Shown here in pieces: positions 12,792 to 23,265 of a stretch of 64,000 nt of DNA. The translations under genes and the position numbers were made by a program. The stretch's first letter is position 1, and each line of letters begins with the position of its first letter. This stretch comes from Pachysolen tannophilus NRRL Y-2460. Taxonomy: Eukaryota. The notes under the pieces were generated by a model. The model was not told where the DNA came from and did no database searches. It saw only the letters and a program-made list of their open reading frames with translations. The stretch is from NCBI GenBank assembly GCA_001661245.1, contig KV454011.1, forward strand, positions 1,714,041 to 1,778,040. Direction: 5' to 3'.

Positions 12792-14537
12792 TCAATTGAA
12801 CGCATAGCAATAATTTTTGACAAGCCTTTGATATTCGGCCTCATTGACAATGTTATTATTGGCTTTACCAGTAGAGCCTTTTCTAATATTTTCTACCTTA
12901 TCGTGAATAGAAACCAGATCCGGCAATGATGATGTCGAATTAAATCCCTGATGCGTTGTAAATTTATGTGAATATTTGTTTTTGACCTGTGAAGGACCTG
13001 CCAATAAACCTGTTTTTGGTTTTGAATTTGAATGACTTTTAGTTTTTGATGATGATGTTGTTGTTGACTGTGCATCGTCTTTTGCTACTCCCAGAGTAAT
13101 GGTCTCATTTGAATCATTGCTTGGGGTTCTTACTGGAGATGGCCTTGAGAAATAAACGTCATTAAAAGTATATGGAGATTTGTTATTCAAATTAAAAGAA
13201 TATCTGCTGTAAAGTTTAGCATTGTTATCGTCTGCAGTCTCTGTTCTTAATTTATAATGGAAATCATCTTCTAAATCGACTAAACCTGATACGTTTTTAC
13301 ATGAAAAATAATCATCATCTATATCATCTTCACCTCTTGCAAAGATATAATTTGAAGTCTTTGATAAATTCTTATGAGTGCATTCAAGATTTTCAGTATC
13401 ACTTTTTTCCATTATAACACGATAATTCTTTCCCATATTATTATCCCAAAATACTTGATTATTAACTTGATATTCAATACAAAGATCCAAAGTTAATGTT
13501 GTTTCAAAAAATTTGAAATTCAATGAACTAATATTAATATCAAATTCAAATTGATCATAATGATCATTTAATGATCTTTTATAATTTGCTTGAATAATTA
13601 TTAAAGATTTCCAACCATCGATACTAAGACGAAGATTAATTTTTTTATCAAATGCAATATTTTTCACAGTAATCAAGCCTACTAATGTTGAATTACGAGC
13701 TTCAATTCTAGTCAATATGACATTTTTAGAATAATCAATTCCATAAAAATTTTTGACATTACTCGAAACAACTTTCCATGAGTTAGCCTTTGCCAACATA
13801 AAACTTTCATCATCTGAATCACTAGAATTACTTTCAGAATCCCAAGAAAATGTACTATCTGATACTTTTGGTTTTCTTTTTGTTGTACTTGTTGTAGTTG
13901 TGGTTGTTGCACCCAATGTTGGTGAATTTTCTGTTGATACAGCAATAGGACGTCCAGTTTTTTCAAAAAGTTTTACATCTTCTAAATTTGAAGCAAACCT
14001 AACTGATTTACCAGTGTTTGGCATAGATCTACTTCTAGTAAGATCTGGCAATCTCAATGAGGATTTCAACAATTCACCGGATTTCTTACGAATCAACTGC
14101 TGCATTTCCAAATCACTTAACGTCGATGCACGATTATTTCCATTGGTTGAAGAAGACCTCCTGTCCAAAGATCTTAACAGCGTTATATCTTTATTATTAA
14201 CTGCTGGTACTATAGTTGATAAGGAGCTTGATGAAGACTCCCTAGGCACAGCTGAAGGTTCACCGCCTCTAATCTTTGCTAATAAGCCATCATCATCGCC
14301 GGAACTAGTACTCGAATATGTAGAAATTGAAGAAGGACTTAAATTTGAAGAGGCATTTAATGATAATGGTATATCAAGTAACTCAAGTTTGGGTGAATTC
14401 ATCGATAAGAAACTGTCGCTCAGTATTGAATCGGATGGTTTTGGATTCAAAGTTTCGTTCAAATATGCCAAGTTTTTAGTAGTTAAAGGAGATGTATTCA
14501 AATGTGATTCCAATGTTGTGGGGCCCAAATACGGCAT
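12792..14537 (-). CDS. PP1 (Glc7) glycogen-targeting regulatory subunit with CBM21 domain (Gac1/Pig1 family)
   Basis: IRKKSGELLKSSL, RVxF-type KSVRF, G.I.VKNIAFDK.I, and FWDNNMGKNY CBM21 motifs. Confidence 0.88.
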   Translation of the reverse strand: MPYLGPTTLESHLNTSPLTTKNLAYLNETLNPKPSDSILSDSFLSMNSPKLELLDIPLSLNASSNLSPSSISTYSSTSSGDDDGLLAKIRGGEPSAVPRESSSSSLSTIVPAVNNKDITLLRSLDRRSSSTNGNNRASTLSDLEMQQLIRKKSGELLKSSLRLPDLTRSRSMPNTGKSVRFASNLEDVKLFEKTGRPIAVSTENSPTLGATTTTTTSTTKRKPKVSDSTFSWDSESNSSDSDDESFMLAKANSWKVVSSNVKNFYGIDYSKNVILTRIEARNSTLVGLITVKNIAFDKKINLRLSIDGWKSLIIIQANYKRSLNDHYDQFEFDINISSLNFKFFETTLTLDLCIEYQVNNQVFWDNNMGKNYRVIMEKSDTENLECTHKNLSKTSNYIFARGEDDIDDDYFSCKNVSGLVDLEDDFHYKLRTETADDNNAKLYSRYSFNLNNKSPYTFNDVYFSRPSPVRTPSNDSNETITLGVAKDDAQSTTTSSSKTKSHSNSKPKTGLLAGPSQVKNKYSHKFTTHQGFNSTSSLPDLVSIHDKVENIRKGSTGKANNNIVNEAEYQRLVKNYCYAFN

Positions 14538-14750
14538 TTCTATATCTAAATATTATCAAATATATATATATATATGGCTGGTAGTTTGTAATAATTTATT
14601 TATACTCTCTTTCTTTATAGATAAACCTATTCTCTTGTTTTTTTTTTTTTTGCTTTCTTTTTTCGATATGATTATAAAATGCAAATGATGACAAAAACAA
14701 AAAAATGAATATTATTAATACAAAAACAATGTTTAAATCTTTTTTGCTAA

Positions 14751-15156
14751 TGGCGGCTAAATAATAAAGGAAAGGGGAAAAAAAGAAAAATTAAATTAAA
14801 ATAAAAAATTAAAACAAATTAATGAGTAATTAATTTATTACCTACTAATTACGCTTACAGAGCCACTGTAGCGGTAATTATAGCCGGATGATAAGAATTT
14901 TTTTAAAAAACTCTATGGACAAGAATAGTTTTAACTTTGAATTTTTCTAATCAAAAAAAAAAAAAGAGCCGAAATAACTTTTTAAATAGTCCTGAAAAGA
15001 TACTCCTTTTCTTGCTACACAGTACGATTTACAAAAAATTTAAAGAGCTGCTACAAAAAACAAATCACGTCTGCAGAGAGATTATCTCCTCATGCATCTC
15101 ACGAAAAACCCCAATTTAAAGTTTCTCAGTCAATTAAAATCAGGTGTCTGGGGTTA
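14751..15156. promoter_or_regulatory. URS1-like (GGCGGCTA), STRE (AGGGG) and Mig1-like (CTGGGG) sites upstream of the GAC1-like gene
   Basis: tggcggctaa 14751-14760, aggggaa at about 14773, ctgggg at about 15148. Plausible for a glycogen regulator, but these are short motifs. Confidence 0.4.
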
Positions 15157-15871
15157 GCTAGCTTACTTTAACTAATAGTAAAAAAATAAAAAAATAAAAA
15201 AAACTTTTATTGTCATGCTTGCGCGATAAGGCACACAAGTAGTAGTAGTAAGTACCTTGAAAAAAGTGGTGGAAGACATTTGGCCATTAAATTACATTAA
15301 ATATAATAGTTACGCAGGTTTTATTTTTTTATTTTTTTTTAAATTTATTTTATTCTTTCTTTTTCTCCAACAAAAAATTAAATTCGGGAATGGCTTTCAC
15401 GCGGAGTTCGGTTTTCTCCTTTTACAACAAGACTTTTTACATTTCACAGCCCATCATTTTCTGAGGAGAAGAATACAAAATAAAATTTTTGAGAGAAAAA
15501 ATAAAAAAAAAAAAATAATAAATGACGTGCAATATGTCTGAATATTTTTTAAGGCAGCAGTACCTTTGCTGGTCCGAAACCGAATAATAATTATTTTTCT
15601 TCATTTCCTTTGCGGAGCAACCTTAATATAAACAATAAATCAAACGTCAAACCGCAAAAGACAAAGGCTAATAAAAAAAATATAAAAAATAAAATGAAAA
15701 ATAAAAAAAATTTTTAACACTAAAATAAAAGATTTTAAAATTTCAAAACATTTAAAAAAATGAACGGTTTTAAAACTATTATTTACTAGTTCATCTTTAA
15801 AAAAAAACTTGTAAAATTCATAATGGCTTAAACTACGATTACGATTTCGGATATAAAAAATCGGAAATCAA

Positions 15872-15912
15872 AAATTAGAAATTAGAAATTAGAAATCAGA
15901 AATCAGAAATCG
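15872..15912. repeat. Heptamer tandem repeat (AAATYAG)n
   Basis: aaattag x3, aaatcag x2, aaatcg. Confidence 0.75.
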
Positions 15913-16637
15913 CGCAGGATATGCAATCATCGCATAAACTTGAGAAAAAGTAGGCTCCCCGAAATATATATTTATGTATATTTTTTTTTCTTCTGTTTCT
16001 TTACTTCTTCTTCCTTTAACAAGAAGTGAAAAATACTGGTATCATTATTCTACTTTATTTTCTCTTTTGGTCCTCATGTACTAATTCCTAAAATATAGCT
16101 AACGCGTAAAAAAAAAAAAAAAAAAAAAAAAGTGGAATCACAACAAGATTATTCATAATGGTTAATTAGTTTTATAAATATTATTTACATTACGATATAT
16201 GATTAGAAAAATAAAATATCTGACTAAAAATTGAGAAAAAGATAAGTTTAAAAAATTTAATTTAATACTCCTTCTTACATAATCAATAAAACGTTCGATT
16301 TAAATTGAGATTAGAAAGAAAAAAATAAAAATTTTTTTTTGTCATATCGCTGATCTTTAGATTAATTTTTTTGGTTATCTTAAAAAGTACCTACTTTAAA
16401 ACAGGAGATCTGACCGTTAAGCTCTTATAGCAGCATATTTCAGAATATTAATTTATTTACTAGAATTGTTTCAATTTTAAATGTTTGTTAAATAATAAAG
16501 CTAAATGAGAATTTTTACATACAAAAATTTTAATTTCAAATTTAAAGAGAGAAAAAAAAAGGATAACTATAAATTAAAAAGAAAAAAACAACAACAACAA
16601 GAAACAACAGTATTAGATACACATTATATATAATTAA

Positions 16638-19088
16638 TTAGTCTGAGCTTTTTCCTACATCCTCCTTTAAAGTAACAACACTATTGAGGATCAATTTGTC
16701 TTTAGTTGTATCCTTATCCAAACAGAAATAACCAATTCTTAAAGCTTGGAATCTAACGGATTCAGGTGTATTTGGTTGTTCCTTGATATTAAATTCTTCA
16801 TTAACGGTTGGCATATTCAATGGCGATTTAGCTTGAACTTCATAAAAGGCTGGTTCAATTATAGCACCTCTAATAATCTCTTCTGAATTTGGATTTATAT
16901 CTTCCAAGAAGCCACCTGGATGACCTGCAGGATTCTCAGATAAAAACAATGGATGATGTATTCTAATTTCTTCAATACTAACTGGTGATTTATGTTTTAC
17001 ACTTGATGGAACCCATTGAATATAAGTCTTTGGTTTTTTGAAAGCTATATCATTATCGTAATGAGCATGGATTTTGATAACTTTTCCAGTTGAATCTTTT
17101 TCAACGGATTTAACGCTGACATTAAATGGAACTTTCATTAATCCAACTGGTTGACCTGGTGCCAATCTGAAATAATCTTTGGAAACTTCATCTCTATAAT
17201 CAGATCTGTCTATGTAAACAGTTTTTGTAAATGGAATAGATCTTTCCCCAAATTTTTCAGAACCTGGTTTATATGGAATTGTAACAAATTCCTCATAATC
17301 ATGAGGTAAATTATCAATTTCAACAGGAATAGGATCCAAGATCATCATTAATCTTGGGGTAGTAACGTCCAAGTATTGTCTAATAGCACTATCTAATCTG
17401 ATAGTCTGAATATTGGTTGTTGATGTAGTAACACCCAACGTATTGATAAATGACAAGATAGCTCCTGGTGGAACACCTCTTCTTCTAATTGCTTCCAATG
17501 TAAATAATCTTGGGTCATCCCAACCTCTCACTATACCACCAGTAACCAATTTAGCAATCTTTCTCTTAGATAATACAGTATTGGTAAGATTCAATCTTCC
17601 ATATTCTCTCTGTGCGGGTCTATAAACATGTAATACATCGCATAACCACTCATAGCTTTCTCTAGAAAGTCTAAACTCAGTGGTACATAAAGAATGAGAA
17701 ATATTTTCAAAACTATCAACCAAACAGTGTGTGAAATCATATGTTGGATAAATTTTCCATTTATCGCCAGTTCTGTGATGAGGAGCATTCAAGACTCTAT
17801 AGGCCACAAGATCCCACATTTGTGGTGAAGGTGATTCTAAATCTTGTTTCATTCTTAATGTTGCCTCTCCAACTTTATATTTCCCATCCCTCATATTTCT
17901 GAATTCTTCCAAACTTTCTTCAATTGGTCTATTACGATGCTTACAGGCAAATCTTTCACCTCCTAAAGTTCCGTCTGGTTTCATACCTCTTTGCAATTTA
18001 ACTTCTTCTGCTGTACAATGACAAACATAGCCTTTGTCAATACTAATCAATTTTTCAGCTAGTTCGTATAATTTATCAAAATAGTCTGATGAATATGTAA
18101 TTTTCCATGGTTTGAACCCCAACCATTCAATCATGTTCTTAATAGAGACAAAATAACGTTCCTCTTCTGCTTCAGGATTTGTATCATCATATCTTAAATA
18201 ACAATGGCCATCGTGGTATTTAGCGTAACCAAAATTGACCATAATGGCTTTTGAGTGACCAATATGTAAAAATCCGTTTGGTTCTGGAGGAAATCTCGTA
18301 TAAACTTTACCACCTGTAGCTTTCAAATGTTCTTCCATTAATTCGGGCCATGCCTGAGGGTTTTCACCAGGTTTATGCAAATCACCCAAAAATCCTTCTG
18401 AAAACATGGATCTCTGAGGAACGTCGTTATTCAAAGCAGAAGCACTTGTTAATTTCTTTTTGGAAGCAGTTTTTGTTGTCTCCTTGTCTGTGGCTGCAGG
18501 CTTCTTCTTTTTTTCTTTAACCAAATCTCTCTCATCTTTTGGACCTAAAAGTGCTAATACGTTTTCATCAATGACTGGTTTAAACCATTGAGGTTGAGCC
18601 CACTTCAAAGAAGGTATATTCTTAATATTGTTCAACAAGGAAGGAACACACTTATATCTATTAGCAAGGACAAATTCTTTATTCTGTTCAAAATAGTCAG
18701 ATACTTCTTTCTTAACTTGATCAAGGGTAACCTCTACACCAACACCAGATGCCTCGTTCAATCCTTCAACCGTTGCATTGTCCCCAGTTGCTTTCACATA
18801 TTTAAAAGCTTCTGAAACTTGCAAATTTGTTTTCAATCTACCATCAACCACGGCATCAGTAATCAATTTTCTGTTTACCAAATCCCCACCTTTATCTAAA
18901 GTAGCCAAATTATGCAATAAGGCTGAAGTTGGCTTGTCTAGTTCGTTTGCCAGATTGGACTCTAATACGATATTCTTTAAAGAGTTTGAAACTTTTTTAT
19001 TTTTCAAAATTTCCTTAATTTTAGATTCCTGAAAACCAATCTTAGAAAATAAATGTGATAATTCTTCTTCATCACCTGATGCTGACAT
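16638..19088 (-). CDS. GLN4: Glutaminyl-tRNA synthetase
   Basis: RFPPEPNGFLHIGH (HIGH), YDDTNP, VLSKRK (KMSKS-like), GWDDPRL, plus the eukaryotic N-terminal appended domain. ATG at 19088. Confidence 0.97.
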   Translation of the reverse strand: MSASGDEEELSHLFSKIGFQESKIKEILKNKKVSNSLKNIVLESNLANELDKPTSALLHNLATLDKGGDLVNRKLITDAVVDGRLKTNLQVSEAFKYVKATGDNATVEGLNEASGVGVEVTLDQVKKEVSDYFEQNKEFVLANRYKCVPSLLNNIKNIPSLKWAQPQWFKPVIDENVLALLGPKDERDLVKEKKKKPAATDKETTKTASKKKLTSASALNNDVPQRSMFSEGFLGDLHKPGENPQAWPELMEEHLKATGGKVYTRFPPEPNGFLHIGHSKAIMVNFGYAKYHDGHCYLRYDDTNPEAEEERYFVSIKNMIEWLGFKPWKITYSSDYFDKLYELAEKLISIDKGYVCHCTAEEVKLQRGMKPDGTLGGERFACKHRNRPIEESLEEFRNMRDGKYKVGEATLRMKQDLESPSPQMWDLVAYRVLNAPHHRTGDKWKIYPTYDFTHCLVDSFENISHSLCTTEFRLSRESYEWLCDVLHVYRPAQREYGRLNLTNTVLSKRKIAKLVTGGIVRGWDDPRLFTLEAIRRRGVPPGAILSFINTLGVTTSTTNIQTIRLDSAIRQYLDVTTPRLMMILDPIPVEIDNLPHDYEEFVTIPYKPGSEKFGERSIPFTKTVYIDRSDYRDEVSKDYFRLAPGQPVGLMKVPFNVSVKSVEKDSTGKVIKIHAHYDNDIAFKKPKTYIQWVPSSVKHKSPVSIEEIRIHHPLFLSENPAGHPGGFLEDINPNSEEIIRGAIIEPAFYEVQAKSPLNMPTVNEEFNIKEQPNTPESVRFQALRIGYFCLDKDTTKDKLILNSVVTLKEDVGKSSD

Positions 19089-19708
19089 ATTCAATCAAAA
19101 AAATTTTATTACTAGAGTGCTGACTTTTCCAAATAATGATTTCACTCGTATGGCTAAATGTTTCAATCGACTCATAATTTTTCTTCCATTGAACAGTTGC
19201 AAAGAAGAGAAAAAAAAAAAAAAAAAAAAAAAAAAATCACACACGCATTTCGCCCCTAAAATTTTAAAAATAATTTTATCATTAATTAAGGGGCTGTTTA
19301 GAGATGATTCAATCCAATAGATTTAAACAAGGGTAAAAGAAGTCTATCTAACAACAGAATCCATATATATAAAGATATGGATTGATAATTGCAAGAAGAT
19401 CATAGAGACCAATTCTTTTTAAGTTTTTATTTTACTTGAATGATGTTTTTAATTAAGTGAGAAATATTAATTGGGTTTTATAATCTGATTTCGATTCTTG
19501 AGATGGGGAATCAGCAGCTAAATTTTAAAATACAACATTCTGAATGTTGTATTAGCAAATTCGGCAAAAAAATTAAAACAAACAAAATAATACAAAATTA
19601 AAGAACAAGGGAATTAATATAAAAGATGCTGATAAAGTCAGAATTCAAAGAAGTTGTCTGTTTTTTTTGTTGTTTTTCGTTTATAACTAACATTGAATTA
19701 TAAGAGAT

Positions 19709-22030
19709 ATGCCAACTTCAAGTTTCTCAATTTCAAAAAATAGAAAAATATCGGTTCCCACTGAGTCTATCAATGTTGATGTTAATAAAATTTTTCCAGA
19801 ACAAGAAGCAGACGAATACTATGAGGATGAAATTGATGAAATGGATACTTCTTCGAGGATCAATTCTAGTTTGAATAATAATAACGAAGTGCTGCTCGGG
19901 GTAATACCGGCAAATGATCTTTACAAGAATCAATACCTGGAACAAAACTCATCTACCACTAAAAAATTACCAATTACTAGTATTTATGATAGCATTACAA
20001 GATCTTCCACTGCTAATAATGCAAAAACAGGCTCTTTTATCTATAACAATAACAATACCGAGTTGTCAACGTTTACTAATATCTTGGACCCAGAACACAT
20101 TGAAAACGAAGCTTCAAGATTAGAAGATTTAAATGGTACAAAATATGATAAAGGAGCTAGTCAGACTTCAGTCTCTCCTGAACTGCTACAAAATTCTTTG
20201 GTGAATAATAACCCTTCAATTCTTGAAACTCAAAAACAACTTGATCAAGGACCACAGCTTGTATCCAAAGAAAAAGATTATAAAAAAAATGAAGTTTCTG
20301 ACAATAAGAAAAGCGAAACCATACCAAAGAGACAAACGGCAAAACGTGGGAAAACCAAGCCAAATGCCTTACCAGAAAATATTTGGGAGATTGATTCAGA
20401 TTTGGACTCAGAAGCAGTATCAGGTATTGTCACATCAACAACCACGAAATCAAAATCTGCATCTAAAAATAAATCTATGAGATTTAACCATAAGGCAACT
20501 TTGAATAAAATTGACGAGCCTAAATCTTCAAGAGTGTCAAACAAAAAAACTGGAAATGCTGCCAAAGGAAGAAAAAAAATGGAAAAATCATCAGGTTCCA
20601 AAATTAGCAGCAAATTAAGGCAGCAGACGTTAGGCTTACCTTCAACTAAATCAACTTTGAAGAAACCTAAGACTGGAAATCAAGACTTGTCTGCTAAAAA
20701 TAAAAGTGTTCAGACTTCAATTTCTTTTCAGCAACTGAACGAAAAACAAAAGGCAACTTTGGATCCTATTCAAGAGATATCGATGGATTCTGATTTTGAA
20801 CATACTCGCAAAAATAACGAGATAAAAAAAATTAATGAAAATATCACTGCTCCATCACTTCAGGTTGAAGGTACACCACTTTCACCACTTAATAACAATA
20901 ATGATTACAGCAATATGTATTATAATCCTTCTTCCTCACCTATTGTTAGTTACAAAAGAAGAAAGACAATGAGACATAATTCAGAATCCCTAACAACACA
21001 AAAAGAAAATGATGCTAATGACATACTTTATGATCAAAAGATCAATAGCGAAAATAAAGCTCCTGAGCTATCACAAGAGGTAAAGCTGGCTGAAAAGAAT
21101 CAAATGATACAAAGTGAAGTGAAAATTCCGAATAGTCACGAAGATGAAAGAAAAAATGGCAATTCAAATTCCTCAAAAGTTAAGAAAAATCAGCAAAAGA
21201 AGAAAAGTAAAAGTGGACGCAAAAATGCTTCGAAAAACGATAAGTTAGACTTAGATCAGAAAACAAATTTACAGCTTAGACCTTCCAAAGATGTTGTGAA
21301 AGATATAATTTCAACCAAAAAAGAGCTGACAACAACTGCTACTAAGTCTGTCAAGATAGTATCTCAGCCAAGAAGGATAACAAGATCAATGAGCTCCAAG
21401 AGTAATCAAGATAACGAATCCAAGCCATCAATTCTTAATGAGCATTTCTCAAAAGATGAAAATTCTAACACAAAGTTTGACCTGGAAAGGAAAGATAGCA
21501 AGACAGAAGCAAGTACTAATCAAACTCTGATGTCAGAGAAGACCGGAACTTCACCAGTGACTGAAAGAACAGACAGTGAGACCTCTGGACCTACGAAAAG
21601 CTCAACTACAAATCATACCTCGCCTTTGAATACTGTCGATAAATTTCCCTTAGCTAATTCAACTAATGTCAATCCTCTTAACTCCTGTAATGCTCCTGAA
21701 CAATTTTTCCATCAATTAGATGCACCGTTATCAATGACTACTAATCCTTATAATATTGAATCCGAGGCAGGTTTCCATAATCAAATTTACCAAGGTTTGA
21801 ACTTGATTTCCTTAAATTTAATCAATAGAATGAAAATTGTGGAATTTGAGATCAATAAAAAACAGGAATGTATTAGGAAAAACTTAGAATTAAAAATTCA
21901 AGAGGTCAGCAAATATCAGGAAATGCAAAACAAAAATTTTGGTAATTATGTTAGTGAATTGGTTTCAAGATTGTCTAACTCAGAAAATGACTTGCTAAGT
22001 TGGATTAACAACAATGGTAAAGACCTTTAG
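19709..22030 (+). CDS. RED1: Probable meiotic chromosome-axis protein Red1 orthologue (disordered Ser/Lys/Asn-rich body, C-terminal coiled coil)
   Basis: C-terminal FHNQIYQGLNLISLNLINRMKIVEFEINKK...SENDLLSWI resembles the recalled Red1 coiled coil. N-terminal RKISVP resembles a HORMA closure motif. Lies between GLN4 and RPS28, as expected from S. cerevisiae RED1-RPS28B and RPS28A-GLN4 adjacency. The true 5' end is uncertain. Confidence 0.68.
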   Translation: MPTSSFSISKNRKISVPTESINVDVNKIFPEQEADEYYEDEIDEMDTSSRINSSLNNNNEVLLGVIPANDLYKNQYLEQNSSTTKKLPITSIYDSITRSSTANNAKTGSFIYNNNNTELSTFTNILDPEHIENEASRLEDLNGTKYDKGASQTSVSPELLQNSLVNNNPSILETQKQLDQGPQLVSKEKDYKKNEVSDNKKSETIPKRQTAKRGKTKPNALPENIWEIDSDLDSEAVSGIVTSTTTKSKSASKNKSMRFNHKATLNKIDEPKSSRVSNKKTGNAAKGRKKMEKSSGSKISSKLRQQTLGLPSTKSTLKKPKTGNQDLSAKNKSVQTSISFQQLNEKQKATLDPIQEISMDSDFEHTRKNNEIKKINENITAPSLQVEGTPLSPLNNNNDYSNMYYNPSSSPIVSYKRRKTMRHNSESLTTQKENDANDILYDQKINSENKAPELSQEVKLAEKNQMIQSEVKIPNSHEDERKNGNSNSSKVKKNQQKKKSKSGRKNASKNDKLDLDQKTNLQLRPSKDVVKDIISTKKELTTTATKSVKIVSQPRRITRSMSSKSNQDNESKPSILNEHFSKDENSNTKFDLERKDSKTEASTNQTLMSEKTGTSPVTERTDSETSGPTKSSTTNHTSPLNTVDKFPLANSTNVNPLNSCNAPEQFFHQLDAPLSMTTNPYNIESEAGFHNQIYQGLNLISLNLINRMKIVEFEINKKQECIRKNLELKIQEVSKYQEMQNKNFGNYVSELVSRLSNSENDLLSWINNNGKDL

Positions 22031-22379
22031 AGCTGCTAAAGCTAAATTATTGGCCTTTCAATTCTATAACTTTGTATTTTAAAATTCAATTATTTTTTAC
22101 TTTTCTTCAAAATTTTGCTAAATTATCCAGTGGCTAAGACTATCTTGTCTGGTTACTTCAATAGAATTTATGTTTCTGCTACATAGTTGATTTATTATTA
22201 TATTGATAAAAGTTATTGTGAAAGTAAGACGTGTGTACGATCTAGCCGCGCGCGACATTGACCCTCCTAAAATTTTCACAATTTTTTTTTTTCACCGTTC
22301 ATTTTCAGGACATCATATAAGTTGATAGTAAAATTTTTTTTATCAGCAAAACAATTTATCATCAAACAGCTAATAGAAA

Positions 22380-22791
22380 ATGGTATGTTCTAATGCCTTG
22401 TTCTTTGGGTTCTAATCATACTGAGGCTAGATCAAAAGAATGAGAGAAAAATTTTCGATTTGAGATAGTATAACTAACATTTGAAATTTTTTATAGGATA
22501 CTAAAACCCCAGTTACTCTCGCAAAAGTCATTAAAGTATTAGGTAGAACCGGATCTCGTGGTGGTGTTACTCAAGTCAGAGTTGAATTTATTGATGATGC
22601 CTCAAGAACTATTGTCAGAAATGTTAAAGTAAGTATGAATCTGATTTTTTTTTCTTGATAAAAAGAACTAATTATTAACTTTTATTATTATTATTATTAT
22701 TATTATGATTATTTATTTAAAGGGTCCTGTTAGAGAGAATGATATTTTGTGTTTGATGGAATCAGAAAGAGAAGCCCGTCGTTTAAGATAA
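22380..22791 (+). CDS. RPS28: 40S ribosomal protein eS28; exons 22380-22382, 22497-22628, 22723-22791
   Basis: Not in the ORF track. [32 protein letters not shown]...[28 protein letters not shown] (67 aa). Introns are GTATGT/AACTAAC/TAG and GTAAGT/TATTAAC/AAG. Confidence 0.97.
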
Positions 22792-23265
22792 GTCATTATT
22801 ATTTAATAAGTTTATTTACGTGATATTCTTCTTTGGAGAAAACACACAAACGCACACAAACAAAAAGTTTAGGTCAACTGCTACTTTTCTTGGTTTATAG
22901 TTACATATAAAATGGTTTTAATCTTATATAATAGTATCTGATTTATATTCTATGTAATCCTAAATGCCACCAGTATAATCACGGTTGACTTTTGAATATT
23001 AAATTGTAAAGTCTTGATCTTGGAACGCTCAAAAAAGACGCATATCCATATTTGGAAAGTAGTACAAGTTATGGATAGGACTTTTAGATCAGTTGAGCTA
23101 AGTATTGTATTACATCGAATGATTGCTGTAACTCAGTATTTGGTACTAACCTTACGGTAACTGTAATATTGATTAGGTTCTTAGTGGATAGTCTTATAAA
23201 AAGAAAAAGAAAAAAAGAGAGAAATAGAAACAAAAAAAAACAGAAAAAGGCTTGGTTATTATCTT

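Noticed and set aside
13753..14688. 311-aa + strand ORF antisense to the GAC1-like gene
   Set aside because: Starts at TTG, mirrors the Ser-rich sense codons and has no recognisable domain; a typical antisense shadow.
23144..23176. TACTAAC plus downstream TAG after RPS28 (possible 3' UTR intron)
   Set aside because: No good donor upstream, and the 7-mer is expected by chance in AT-rich DNA.
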